Made by a program: the position numbers and the translations under genes. DNA of 64,000 nt from Macrostomum lignano (taxonomy: Eukaryota), in contig NIVC01000877.1 of assembly GCA_002269645.1 (NCBI GenBank), positions 1-64,000 on the forward strand, in the 5' to 3' direction. Positions within the stretch are counted from its first letter, which is position 1. Each line of letters opens with the position of its first letter. A model generated the notes under the pieces. That model searched no databases, was not told where the DNA came from, and saw only the letters and a program-made list of their open reading frames with translations. Shown here piece after piece: positions 50,053-63,235 of the stretch.

Positions 50053-53000
50053 TCAAGCTGACTTGTCAAGCCGACCGCCTGTGGCCTGCAGAATCTTTTC
50101 GATGTCAAGCGTGACTCCTGCAATTTGAAATTGATGGCAGATTCAGTGACCCGGTGACTCACAGACCCAGTGACCCAAAGACTCAATGACCCAGTAACTC
50201 ACAGTTTCAGTGACCCAGTGACCCACAGACTCTGTGACCCAGTGACCCACAGACTCTGTGACCCAGTGACCTAGTAGTGACTCGCAGACTCTGACTCAGT
50301 GACCCAGTGACCCACAGACTGTGACCCAGTGACCTAGTAGTGACTCGCAGAGTCTGACTCAGTGACCCAGTGACCCACAGACTGTGACCCAGTGACCCAC
50401 AGACTCTGTGACCCAGTGACCCATTAGTGACTCACAGATTCTGTGACCCAGTGACCTAGTAGTGACTCGCAGACTCTGACTCAGTGACCCAGGGACCCAC
50501 AGACTCTGTGACCCATTGACTCAGTAGTGACTCACAGATTCTGTGACCCAGTGACCCACAGACTCGGTGACCCAGTGACCCACAGACTCGGTGACCCAGT
50601 GACCCACAGACTCGGTGACCTAGTGACCCACAGACTCGGTGACCCAGTGACCCAAAGACTCGGTGACCCAGTGACCCACAGACTCGGTGACCCAGTGACC
50701 CACAGACTTGGTGACCCAGTGACCCAGTAGTGACTCGCAGACCCAGCCACTGCACTCACCAGGCTCTATTCCGTACTCCAGCCGGAGTCCGGCGGAGTTC
50801 GAGGGCGTCACGCAGTCGTCCAGTGGGTCCTTGCGCATGCAGCTGTCGATGTCCACGCCGCTGAAGAAGGCGACAGACTGAAAGCCGGAGGGATGTTAGA
50901 AGTTGCTCAAGGCTCCTCATTTTACCCTGCTGCTGAAGGTAATATGGCTGAAGCTACCAATCACCCTTCTCAAGTACAGTGACCCATTGCTGACCCAGTG
51001 ATGCATAATCTGTGCGTCCAACACCGAGACCCAGCCTGGCCTGAAAGATCGCCATGGTTCATCCTGACTTAGCCCTATGACCCAGCCTAACCTAGCACAA
51101 TGACCCACCATGACCCAAGCTGACCCAGCCTAACCTAGCACAATGACCCACCCTGACCCAGCCTAACATGGAACCATGACCCAAGCTGACCCAGCCTAAC
51201 ATGGAACCATGACCCAAGCTGACCCAGCCTAACCTGGAACCATGACCCAGCCTAACCCGGCACCGTGACCCAGCCTAACATGGCACCATGACCCAGGCTG
51301 ACCCAGCCTAACCTGGCACCATGACCCAGCCTAACATGGCACCATGACCCACGCTGACCCAGTCTAAACTGGCACCATGACCTACGCTGACCCAGCCTAA
51401 CATGGCACCATGACCCAGCCTAACCTGGCACCATGACCCAGGCTGACCCAGCCTAACATGGCACCATGACCCACGCTGACCCAGCCTAACATGGCACCAT
51501 GACCCAGCCTAACCTGGCACCATGACCCAGGCTGACCCAGCCTAACATGGCACCATGACCCACGCTGACCCAGCCTAACATGGCACCATGACCCACGCTG
51601 ACCCAGCCTAACCTTGCACCATGACCCACGCTGACCCAGTCTAACCTGGCACCATGACCCACGCTGACTCAGCCTAACATGGCACCATGACCCAGCCTAA
51701 CCTGGCACCATGACCCAGCCTAACCTGGCACCATGACCCAGCCCGACCCAGCGCCCCGCCCACCTGCGGCAGGTCTCGGAAGCCCAGCCGGCTGGCAAAG
51801 AAGGCCCTGGTCAGCAAGTTGGCCAGCTGCAACGCCAGGGCGAACCTCATGGTGTCGCTGTCGCGCACCAGGTAGCGAACCTCGTCGTGAATGGAGATCG
51901 CGAACCGGGCGTCGATGCCGTACTTGGCAGTGAGCCAGCGGCAGGCCACCAGCAGACAGTGCAGGTAGTCCACCGCCGAGCTCTGGATCACCCAGTTGAT
52001 GCGCGAGGTTGCGAAGTCGCCGCCGGTGCTGCCGGCGCGGAGGGCGCAGCTGAGCGCGGCGCCGAGGAAAGGGGTGCGCGGCGACTGCAGACCGGCGATG
52101 CGCTCCATGTGGTTGAATAGGAAGGATTCGCTGCCGAGACAAATGCGGGTTGGCGATGCTGGTTCAGCTACTTATAGTAGAGCGAAATGTCTTTTAACAG
52201 CTTTTTTTAACAGCGGGTGGAGGAGCAAAGGGGGGCCAAGGCAGCTGACAGAATAGAGGAAAGAAGAAGTCAAAGGGGTGGCTGGAAGGAGAAGACGAAA
52301 GGGGTCAAGAGGGGTGGATAAAAGAAGGGATAGGGTGGAGAGGGCGGATGGGAGGAGAAAGGCAGGGTCAAAGAAAGGTGGCTGTAAGAAGGCAGTCAGG
52401 TGCGGATGAAAGAAGGGGGACAAGGGAGGTCAAGAGGGGGCAGATGAAAGAAGGGGCTTGAGGGTGATCAAGAGGGCGGATGAAAGAAGGGGGTCAAGGG
52501 AGGTCAAGACGAGGGCGGATAAAAAAGGGATCAAATGAGGTCAAAAGGGTGCGGATTTAAGAAGAAGGAGGTCAAGGGGGGGTCAAGAGGGATTGGATGA
52601 AAGGAGTCGAGGTGGTAAAGAGGGGGTGGATGCAAGAAGGGGTCAAGGGAGGTCAAAAGAAGGCAGATGAAGGAAGGGGTGGTCAAGAGGGGGCAGATGA
52701 AGGAAGGGGTGGTCAAGAGGGGGCAGATGAAGGAAGGGGTCAAGGGAGGTCAAGAGGGGGGCAGATGAAGGGGGTCAAGGTGGCAGCATTACAAGAGGAA
52801 GCTTAACGGCCCAATTCAGTAAAGCACGGCATGTCCAAACTTGAATGAAGTCAGTGTGCGGGCCAGGACACACCGGGAACTGGTTGCTAGGACGCGGACG
52901 TAGCATTAAAACGCATTTCTGTCCCACCCGCTGCAAGCAAAGCTGAATTAATTATCCCATAAATCCATAGCAACCCCCCTCCCCAGCTCTCAAGTCCCGC

Positions 53001-56000
53001 AGCTCTGGGAAAAAGCAATATCAGCCTGGCGAGCGGGCAGCTGGGGCCGATCGTGAAGTACCTGGCAGGCAGTTCCGGCACCCGATGCCCGTGTTTCACT
53101 TTGCTAATCTGACAGACTTTCGCACTGACTGGCCACAGCTCCCTGCGGCCCCCGCTGTCGCCTTCTGTCCCGCCACTCGGCTCACTTTTCCACTGTTTTC
53201 TTATCCCCGCAGCCTCACCATCCAGCAACTCCTGCCGGCTGTCTCCCCCCCCCCTCTCTGCCCTCTGCCCTGCCCTCTCCTCTCCTTCAACTGCTCCTCT
53301 GTCCCACCCTCTACTCCCACCTTCTCCTCCCTCACCATCTGCTCCCTCACCATCTGCTCCCTCACCCTCTATTCCCTCACCCTCTCCGCTCCCTCACCAT
53401 CTGCTTCTTCACCCTCTCCGCTCCCTCACCCTCTCCGCTCCCTCACCCTCTCCGCTCCCTCACCCTCTCCGCTCCCTCACCCTCTCCGCTCCCTCACCCT
53501 CTCCTCTCCCTCACCCTCTCCGCTCCCTTACCCTCTCCGCTCCCTCACCCTCTCCGCTCCCTCACCATCTGCTCCCTCACCCTCTCCGCTCCCTCACCAT
53601 CTGCTTCTTCACCATCTGCTCCCTCACCCTCTCCGCTCCCTCACCATCTGCTTCTTCACCATCTGCTCCCTCACCCTCTCCGCTCCCTCACCATCTGCTT
53701 CTTCACCATCTGCTCCCTCACCCTCTCCGCTCCCTCACCATCTGCTTCTTCACCATCTGCTCCCTCACCCTCTCCGCTCCCTCACCATCTGCTTCTTCAC
53801 CCTCTCCGCTCCCTCACCCTCTCCGCTCCCTTACCCTCTGCTCCCTCACCCTCTACTCCCTCACCATCTGCTCCCTCACCCTCTGCTCCCTCACCCTCTG
53901 CTCCCTCACCCTCTCCGCTCCCTCACCCTCTCCGCTCCCTCACCATCTGCTCCCTCACCATCTGCTCCCTCACCCTCTCCGCTCCCTCACCATCTGCTTC
54001 TTCACCCTCTCCGCTCCCTCACCCTCTCCGCTCCCTCACCCTCTCCGCTCCCTCACCCTCTCCGCTCCCTCACCCTCTCCTCTCCCTCACCCTCTCCGCT
54101 CCCTTACCCTCTGCTCCCTCACCCTCTACTCCCTCACCATCTGCTCCCTCACCCTCTGCTCCCTCACCCTCTCCGCTCCCTCACCCTCTCCGCTCCCTCA
54201 CCATCTGCTCCCTCACCATCTGCTCCCTCACCCTCTCCGCTCCCTCACCATCTGCTTCTTCACCCTCTCCGCTCCCTCACCCTCTCCGCTCCCTCACCCT
54301 CTCCGCTCCCTCACCCTCTCCGCTCCCTCACCCTCTCCTCTCCCTCACCCTCTCCGCTCCCTTACCCTCTGCTCCCTCACCCTCTACTCCCTCACCATCT
54401 GCTCCCTCACCCTCTGCTCCCTCACCATCTCCGCTCCCTTCCTCCCTCACCCTTCATCTCCACAGCCTCCTCTCTCCCTCGCTCTCACTATCCATCTTCC
54501 GAATCAGTTTCTCTCCCGTCTCCATCTCCCCGGCAACACTCCCCAAGCCCTGTATCTGTTTCCGTCGCAGACCAGCGCCGGCGCTTGGTCAGCAAACTCT
54601 GCGGACCACTTGACGAGCCGAGCGAGACAGGCGGGGAGCTGCAGAGCTGCTCAGCTAATCAAATAACCGCCTCAGCCAGAGGGGTTCATAGAAATCGATT
54701 GCCGCATTGATAGAGCAGGAACCCCCGGACAGCGGACAGTACACACTATGCAATCAATGCGGACAGTTATTAATAATATCCTAGCGATATTTCGGGAAGA
54801 GAAACAGACCAACAAAAGAATTAATTTGCACTTTGTAGTCTGTGCCGTGCTTGGAGACCTGATCCTAAAAGGCATCCCAACACAATATTCGAAAATCCCC
54901 AAACCTCACTCGAATAATTCCCCAATTGAAAGATTCCCCAATCCCTAGTAAAAAAATTCCCCAGCCTCCAATCAAAAAGTCCCCAGGTCCTACTCAAAAA
55001 ATTCTCTGTCCTCACTCGAAAAACTCCCTAATCCCAATTTAGAGAATTTCCCAATCCCCATTATAAAAATTCCACAATCCCCATTCAAAAAATCCCCCAA
55101 TGCACATTAAAAAAATTCAACAAAAACCAATCCGAAAAATTCCCCAATCCTCATTCGAAAAATTTCCAATTCCCATTCGAAAAATTCCCCAATTCACATT
55201 TGAAAAATTCCCCAATTCCCATAAAAAAAAATCCCGATTCCCATAAGAATAATTCCCCAATTCCCATAAGAATAATTCCCCAATCACCACCCGAAAACTT
55301 CAACAAAAATCACTCCGGAAAATTCCCCCACCCCAATCCAATAAAGCCGGCCGTTCTCACCTGCCGCCGCGCCAGACGCCGCCGCTCCGGCTGCCCTTGG
55401 TCTCCCTCAGCAGCTTCCTGGCCTTGTCCATGGCCAGCTGCTTGTCGATGCCGGGGTCGAACTGGCACAGCAGCTTGGCGATGTTGCCCGCCCCGGAGCC
55501 GTAGAAGCGGGCGTAGTTCAGCACCTTGGCGTGCTCGCGGGACACGTTGATGAGCCGGGCGCTGACCGAGTGCAGGTCCGTGCCCTCCGCCTTGCTGCCC
55601 CGCAGGCTCATCCAGCTGACCGCCGTGGCGCCGTGGATTCGCCGACGCTCGCCGTTGCCGCCTCCAGCGTCGTCGTCAAACTCTGCATCGCCGGCCATGG
55701 AGGCGATCCACAGCTCCTGCGAGTCCACGTCGGCGCCCACCAGGCGGTAGCCGGGCGGCGGCTGCACCATCGCCTTCAGCTCCGAGCCCAGCCGGTCCGG
55801 CCGCGCGTTGCTGGCTGTCAGCCATAGCGGCTCCACCGCCCGCCTGCTCACCGTTCCCATGGCAACCACCTGCGGCAGGATCAAACGGATTCCACCGCCT
55901 TCTCCTCCGTGCACCAGCGGCAAGGCCAGCTGGCTGTTCACCCGCTTGCTGGCGCCCTGCCAGTAGGTGCAGCGGGCGTGCATACGGAGCAACTCGCCGA

Positions 56001-57287
56001 CCTCCGGCCGGTCGCTGCACAGCAGGCCGGCGTCGATGGCGGCCAGGAAGCTCTTGGACAGCGGGTTGCCCACGCTGGTGCCCTGCGGGGGTGGGGGGTT
56101 CTCATAGCTAGCGGTCAGGCCCTGATGCGGAGGCCTGAGTCAGGCTCAGGGAGGCTGGCCCAGCAACTGAGGATCTGGGAGGCTGGCCCAGCAACTGAGG
56201 ATCTGGGAGGTTGGCCCAGCAACTGAGGATCTGGGAGGCTGGCCCAGCAACTGAGGATCTAGGAGGCTGGCCCAGAAACTGAGGATCTGGGAGGCTGGCC
56301 CAGCAACTGACACTCTGGGAGGCTGGCCCAGCAACTGAGGATCTGGGAGGCTGGCCCAGCAACTGAGGATCTGGGAGGCTGGCCCAGAAACTGAGGATCT
56401 GGGAGGCTGGCCCAGAAACTGAGGATCTGGGAGGCTGGCTCAGCAACTGAGGATCTAGGAGGCTGGCCCAGAAACTGAGGATCTGGGAGGCTGGCCCAGC
56501 AACTGAGGATCTGGGAGGCTGGCACAGCAACTGAGGATCTGGGAGGCTGGCCCAGCAACTGAGGATCTGGGAGGCTGGCCCAGCAACAGAGGCTCTGAGA
56601 GGGCACTGCAGGCAGACCTGTGGGTGCGGCAGGGCGCAGAACCAGCAGGCGTCAATGCTAGGGTTGGCGGCCCGCTTGAAGGCGGCGCCCTCCGCCAGCG
56701 GAGTGGCGGTGAGCGCGCAGGGCAGATGGCGCTCCCAGTCGTACTCCTCCTTGCCAGCCTCCCGGCCGCCTTCCCCATCGTCTCCAGCCGCGCCGCTCTC
56801 CATCGCCGTCAGAGCAGCCTCGAGCTCCGCCCTGCCGATTTCGTCCACGGGCAGCATTCTCAGCGAGCCGGCCAAATCGGCCCTGAAACGGCGCCACCAG
56901 GCCTGACGCTGGCGCCGGCGCTGTTGCTGCTGGTCGAGCAGCTCGTGCTGGCGGAGGCAGCGCAGCAGGGAGGGCAGGCAGGCCCGGCAGTAGGCGGCCA
57001 GCGGAAAGCGCAGCTCCGAGCTGCCAGCGGCGACCGTCTTGATGGCCGGCTGGTCGGATAGGAGCCGGCCATTGTTCGGGTTGAAGTAGCGCGGGTCGGC
57101 CTCGGCCGGGCTGGGGTTGCGGCCGGGGACCAGGCGGCCCCACTTCAGCTCGGAGTCGTGGTGCAGCGGGAAGCCGCGCCAGGTGAGGCGGAGCAGCTTG
57201 GGCGCGACGCGCATCTGCGCGGTGATGAGGCTGGCGCCCTGGGCGGCGTTCTTCTCCACGGGCTTGGGGACCAGGTCGCGGTACCAC
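50053..57287 (-). CDS. POLG: Mitochondrial DNA polymerase gamma catalytic subunit, spacer and polymerase-domain exons (N-terminal exonuclease part not found)
   Basis: Exons 57287-56618, 56082-55361, 52130-51764, 50877-50760, 50117-50053, all GT-AG and in phase. Motif [15 protein letters not shown], motif [15 protein letters not shown], motif [12 protein letters not shown]; also [49 protein letters not shown]. Confidence 0.95.
50140..50740. repeat. 24-bp minisatellite (GTGACCCAGTGACCCACAGACTCG), POLG last intron
   Basis: Tandem copies fill the intron. Confidence 0.93.
51060..51750. repeat. Minisatellite of ACCCAGCCTAACATGGCACCATG(ACCCACGCTG) units, POLG intron
   Basis: 23/33-bp unit variants. 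Confidence 0.92.
52260..52790. repeat. GA-rich degenerate repeat, POLG intron
   Basis: GGTCAAGAGGGGGCAGATGAA-like units. Confidence 0.8.
53300..54480. repeat. 17-bp C/T-rich minisatellite (CCCTCACCCTCTCCGCT), POLG intron
   Basis: About 65 copies; explains the 541-aa low-complexity ORF. Confidence 0.95.
54880..55340. repeat. Degenerate A/C-rich repeat (AAAATTCCCCAATCCCATTC), POLG intron
   Basis: Direct inspection. Confidence 0.8.
56140..56590. repeat. 28-bp minisatellite (GGAGGCTGGCCCAGCAACTGAGGATCTG), POLG intron
   Basis: About 16 copies filling the 56083-56617 intron. Confidence 0.95.
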
Positions 57288-58464
57288 CTGGGGTGGGGGA
57301 GGTGCGGTGGAGCCGAAGATTAGTGTCTGATAAATACAATACGTTAGTATTTAGTTCCGGAGTGGAATCAGCTACAGTATAGTTCCTTAGTGAAACCAGA
57401 TTCAGTTCCAGAGTGGAATTGAATTTAGTTCCGGAGTGGAATTGAAAAATAGTTCCAGAGTGGAATCAAAAAAATAGTTCCAGAGTGGAATCAAAAATAG
57501 TTCCAAAATGGAATCACATTTAGGTCCAATTCTGATTATTCAGATTTTCATCATCCAGCCTGTGCATTGCACTTTTAGCTGTCGAGAAGAAAGTGACAAA
57601 AAAGCCATAGAAAGGCAGAAGCCAGCACCAAGACACAAAAGTGCACAAGTCTGTTTGAAGATCTCTCCAACGCTCTCCAACGAAGAGCCCACGCTTAAAC
57701 CCGTGCCCTGCTTGAACTCAAAGCATTCTAATGGACCAAAGAAAGCAATTCAACCGCGCGAGGGGGGGGGGGTAAAAACAGCGGCCTTTGATTGTGAAAA
57801 AGCATTCAAATTAGGCAACAAAGAAATATGGATTCAGACCGACGGACGGCGGTAAGAGGAGCTCCGACATTGAGTGGGTATTTGAGCCCAAGGCTGCAAT
57901 GCGGGCAAACAGGCTTAGCTGAGATTGAGCTGAGAGCATCAAGGCTTCCCCGCTAGTGCCAGCGTAGCGCAGAGTCAACACGCGGCTTGGCATGCGGGCC
58001 GGCATGCGTCAGACAAGAGCCACGGCACGCACTGAGAGCAAGGCAGGCGGGTGATTGCTCCGGGTGTCTGAGCCGACTCAGGCGTGTCCGTCACCTCTCC
58101 CATATAGTTTTCCAGCTCACGCATTGGCTGTATTATTTATTAATTAGGCTATTATTGCGCAGTTCTGGCGCAAAGGAAAACGTGCAAGGCGAAGCTATGC
58201 AATAATGACGGCTATGAGAGGCTTATGTTATGAGGTTCATGAGCATCTGGGAAAGGCAGAAGAAAATCCCTGAGAAAATCCAGCGTGTATTTATTAGAAA
58301 TTTAATCTCCAAAGGGAATTTTTTACCAAATTCACGGTCTGGGATGCTAAGGCTCAAGGGCAAATGCCTTTGCACAATGGGAATTTCGGTAATTTCTACT
58401 ATCAGATTCCAACGCTATGCTTAGGGGAAATTTCTATTCTCATGTACCAATACCGTGACTCAAG

Positions 58465-58830
58465 GGGAATTCTCAGAGGGTGCTAATACCTCACGGGGAA
58501 TTTCTCAGAGGATGCTAATACATCACGGGGAATTTCTCAGAGGATGCTAATACCTCACGGGGAATTTCACAGAGGATGTTAATACCTCACGGGGAATTTC
58601 TCAGATGATGCTAATACCTCACGGGGAATTTCTCAGAGGATGCTAATACCTCACGGGGAATTTCTCAGAGGATGCTAATACCTCACGGGGAATTTCTCAG
58701 AGGATGTTAATAACTCACGGGGAATTTCTCAGAGGATGCTAATACATCACGGGGAATTTCTCAGAGGATGTTAATACCTCACGGGGAATTTCTCAGAGGA
58801 TGCTAATACATCACGGGGAATTTCTCAGAT
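58465..58830. repeat. 32-bp minisatellite (CTCACGGGGAATTTCTCAGAGGATGCTAATAC)
   Basis: About 11 copies. Confidence 0.94.
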
Positions 58831-60377
58831 GCCAATACTTGGATGAGAACTTCTCCAGAGCCCAAATATCCTGACTCCAGATGAGCCCGCTATCTTACAC
58901 GATAAAACATAAATTGCAAGTGGCACAGAATGTTAATAAATCAACTCCGACATATCCAAACAAGTACCCAAAATTTTCGTAGCCTGGCAAGACCCACAAA
59001 GTGGGACAGAGTGCGCCAGCTGCCACTGTTGATGAACTCTTTTACTTTATTGATTTTTTACCAACTGCACACGAACTATACATATTGTCCTCAGAGCAGT
59101 TCGCCAAGCGTATTGCGCGAGAACTTCTCAGCCGATGCAGCTCCGCCCCGGCGCGGTTCGCTGCCCGCATTGATCTTCTAGAAGGAGTGCAGCAACTGGC
59201 CCAGCATTCCTTAGCTACTGCAGAAGGAGCTACACAAAAGGCTGTCGTATAGGCCAAGGAGGCGCAGAGCTAGAAATAGAAATAAAAAACTCCACAACAG
59301 GAAAAAGCACACCATATACGAAGTTTCTGAAACCGGCAAGCAATTATCTGCATTCCACAGAGCAGCCAATCAGAAAGTTTTTATGGATGACTTCCGGCTG
59401 TTGGAATGCGGACCGAGGGGAGCGGAACGGAATGGCTTTTAATAGAGGCTCCGGATGGCACTAATCGTTGCTTCGGTTACGCCGAACCCTCGGGGTAGCC
59501 GAGTCACTTCCCCGAAACCGTTTTCCTCTCTTCCCAAAGCGATTCGGGTTAACGGAATTCAAACCCGCTGATATAATGTTCTTCTTATATAGAGATTCTA
59601 TCTTTATACAAGGCACTTCAATACATATCGGCGACGTATGCAAGCAATTTCCTCCGACAGGAGTTTAGTCTCGATGCCGGACCCGACCACTCAGGTTGCC
59701 TTCAGTACAAATGGCTCAGTGCAAAGCAGAGATAACCACTGGGCAAGAGCAACAGCTATTGGAAGGTTATAAACCTAGACAGTAAGTCTGGGTTTGTTTG
59801 CAGCAGCAGCAGCGCCAAGGCAGACAAAACTTTCCTTTCCGCAACTGCGCAGAGTTTTGACCCTCAGCTCCACCCGCAGCCCCATCGCCTGCAGATCTAC
59901 GGAGCCTCGAGGCACCGGCATTTCTCGCTTGCCTCCTCCCCTATCAGTGACCCGTTGGCCGTTTTTCATTTCCCATCCCCCCCCTACCATAGTTGCGCGA
60001 GACCGCCTGGAAGCGATTGGGAGTGGAGCGGGGCAGGCCTGGGCCGGTCCGGCCAATCCGGGGGCCCAGCAGAAAGGCAAGCAAGACGCCAAACTCCAAA
60101 TCGACAGAAGGCCAGGAAGAAGAGAGGGAAAAAAGGAAGGAGGTCGGACAACGCAGACCGAGGCCCAGAAGTCTGCTATTCTATTCAGTCAGCTGGGAAT
60201 TCAGGGCCGGGCCGCGGCTCCCAGACTAAGCCAGTGCCAGCCAAAAGAAACTGGAAGAGAATCGGCAGCCAGAAGAGAGAGAAGACAAACAGAAGCCAGC
60301 AGAAGACCGAAGCGGCAAAGCCCGCGGGCAATCCAGGATATCCGAGGCCCGCATTAGAAGGATTTCCTTCAACCGAG

Positions 60378-60965
60378 ATGAGCGACCCGGACCTGCAGGC
60401 GAACTTCCAGCGCTACAAGCCGCCGCCAATCCGGCTGCTGGCGCAGAGGTCCAAGTTCAGTGAGCGGGAGCTCCGCCTGCTGTATCGCGGCTTCAAGCAG
60501 GACTGCCCGACTGGCCTGGTGCGCGAGGAGCACATCTGCGGCATCTTCGCCCAGCTGTTCCCCTTCGGCAACCCAGCGCCGTTCGCGCGGATCATATTCA
60601 ACTGGCTCGACGTGGACAAGAAAGAGTCGCTGCCGTTCCACCAGTATGTGATGTGGCTCTCCGAGCTGGCTAGGGGCAGCGTCGAGGAGAAGATCGTGTG
60701 GATCTTCCGGCTGTACGACGTCAACCTGGACGGCACGCTGAGCCACGAAGAGATCTGCCAGTTCCTGGCCTCCATCTATGAACTGCTGGGCAGCCACGCA
60801 AGGAAGAAGGAGTCGGCCAAGAGCGTGCACGACCACGCCAGCCAAATCTTCCACCAGATGGACACCGAGGGCAAGGGCTCCGTTACGTACGAAGACTTTC
60901 AGCGGTACTGCCACAGCTCGCCAGTGATTATGAAAGGCCTGGAGGTCTTCGACACGTGCTGGTAG
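60378..60965 (+). CDS. Neuronal calcium sensor family EF-hand protein, KChIP-like (single coding exon)
   Basis: ELRLLYRGFKQDCPTG (EF1 CPxG), FPFGNP, RGSVEEKIVWIFRLYDVNLDGTLSHEE (canonical EF3), IFHQMDTEGKGSVTYEDF (EF4); 195 aa from ATG 60378. Confidence 0.9.
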   Translation: MSDPDLQANFQRYKPPPIRLLAQRSKFSERELRLLYRGFKQDCPTGLVREEHICGIFAQLFPFGNPAPFARIIFNWLDVDKKESLPFHQYVMWLSELARGSVEEKIVWIFRLYDVNLDGTLSHEEICQFLASIYELLGSHARKKESAKSVHDHASQIFHQMDTEGKGSVTYEDFQRYCHSSPVIMKGLEVFDTCW

Positions 60966-61628
60966 CGTCAGATAAGCAACGAAGTTTAATAACACTTTTA
61001 AAACCGTTACTTATCGATACGTGTTTTGTTAATAACTCTCAGTTCTCAGTCATGTTTGCCATACACACAATATTTGTTTCCTTGTCTTGTCTCGTTATTT
61101 GCCCTCGTTCTGTAGCAGCAATAGAAACTGAAATACTTCACCAAAGTGGGCAGGCAAAATGCGACTTCAATTTGTTGAGCTCTTCTGCTAAGACTCAGAG
61201 CTCAGCATGCATCTTGTCCTCTTTTAGAAGCGAAATGCAAGAGATATGTTCGGCAAAGATTGCTTTGGCAGTCTGCTCAAACAAGAGAGCGCAGCAACTC
61301 AAATTGCTCAGACCCGTTTGTACGAACCAAGCAGGAAGGATTAAAATTCAGCGACTAAGGAGGGATTAGTGGCATGACAGGGGATTATCTAAAACAAAAT
61401 TGTAGAGAAACTGCCATTCGAATTCAAATTACTTTCCGCCGGGGAGACTCTGGCTGGCAGGGGAAAACAGTTATCGATTCTCAGCCATTCTCAGCAGCAG
61501 CAGTTCCTGTGCAGCTCAATCAGAATTCTGAGCTGAGTAGAAGAAGCGGAACCCCTACGGTGTTCAAACAGGAGCAGCTTCCAGGAATCTGGGCAAAGAT
61601 GGAGCGCACAAAGCAGTCAGCAGATTCT

Positions 61629-61663
<35 letters not shown>

Positions 61664-61859
61664 TTGTTGAGATCAATGCGGAGCTGGGGAGGGGGTGCTG
61701 CCGGCCCAGCAGTTCTCATGCAAAGGAAGCAATGCAGGCTTTTATTTTCTCTCATCGTTACATAATTAGCAGGCCCAAGGTGTACTAATTGAAAATAGAC
61801 TTGCTTCATTGACTCACCTGATAGCATTTGTGAATTAACCAATCAGAGCTTTCAAGAGG

Positions 61860-63235
61860 CATGATGTCTGTTCTCACCTGCCAACCTACGTGACCATCCG
61901 CATGATGTTTGTACTGTTCTCACCTGCCAACCTACGTGACCATCCGCATGATGTTTGTACTGTTCTCACCTGCCAACCTACGTGACCATCCGCATGATGT
62001 TTGTACTGTTCTCACCTGCCAACCTACGTGACCATCCGCATGATGTTTGTACTGTTCTCACCTGCCAACCTACGTGACCATCCGCATGATGTTTGTACTG
62101 TTCTCACCTGCCAGCCTACGTGACCATCCGCATGATGTCTGTACTGTTCTCACCTGCCAACCTACGTGACCATCCGCATGATGTTTGTACTGTTCTCACC
62201 TGCCAACCTACGTGACCATCCGCATGATGTTTGTACTGTTCTCACCTGCCAACCTACGTGACCATCCGCATGATGTCTGTACTGTTCTCACCTGCCAGCC
62301 TACGTGACCATCCGCATGATGTCTGTACTGTTCTCACCTGCCAGCCTACGTGACCATCCGCATGATGTCTGTACTGTTCTCACCTGCCAGCCTACGTGAC
62401 CATCCGCATGATGTCTGTACTGTTCTCACCTGCCAGCCTACGTGACCATCCGCATGATGTCTGTACTGTTCTCACCTGCCAGCCTACGTGACTATTCGCA
62501 TGATGTCTGTACTGTTCTCACCTGCCAACCTATGTGACCATCCGCATGATGTCTGTACTGTTCTCACCTGCCAGCCTACGTGACTATTCGCATGATGTAT
62601 GTACTGTTCTCACCTGCCAACCTACGTGACTATCCGCATGATGTCTGTACTGTTCTCACCTGCCAGCCTACGTGACCATCCGCATGATGTATGTACTGTT
62701 CTCACCTGCCAGCCTACGTGACCATCCGCATGATGTATGTACTGTTCTCACCTGCCAGCCTACGTGACCATCCGCATGATGTCTGTACTGTTCTCACCTG
62801 CCAGCCTACGTGACTATTCGCATGATGTCTGTACTGTTCTCACCTGCCAACCTACGTGACCATCCGCATGATGTCTGTACTGTTCTCACCTGCCAACCTA
62901 CGTGACCATCCGCATGATGTCTGTACTGTTCTCACCTGCCAACCTACGTGACCATCCGCATGATGTTTGTACTGTTCTCACCTGCCAACCTACGTGACCA
63001 TCCGCATGATGTTTGTACTGTTCTCACCTGCCAACCTACGTGACCATCCGCATGATGTTTGTACTGTTCTCACCTGCCAACCTACGTGACCATCCGCATG
63101 ATGTTTGTACTGTTCTCACCTGCCAGCCTACGTGACCATCCGCATGATGTCTGTACTGTTCTCACCTGCCAACCTACGTGACCATCCGCATGATGTCTGT
63201 ACTGTTCTCACCTGCCAGCCTACGTGACTATCCGT
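61860..63235. repeat. 46-bp minisatellite (CATCCGCATGATGTTTGTACTGTTCTCACCTGCCAACCTACGTGAC)
   Basis: About 30 highly similar copies. Confidence 0.97.

Noticed and set aside
59400-59700. Possible structured ncRNA or snRNA
   Set aside because: No match to remembered U1/U2/U4/U5/U6, SRP or SL-RNA motifs; only short hairpins.
59955-60377. 141-aa N-terminal extension of the KChIP ORF
   Set aside because: Begins at a non-ATG codon, is GA-rich and UTR-like, and has no family similarity; ATG 60378 matches the NCS core start.
61860-63235. Regular 46-bp array, considered as a possible CRISPR
   Set aside because: Head-to-tail identical units with no unique spacers; eukaryotic context; no cas genes. 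The same applies to the other arrays.
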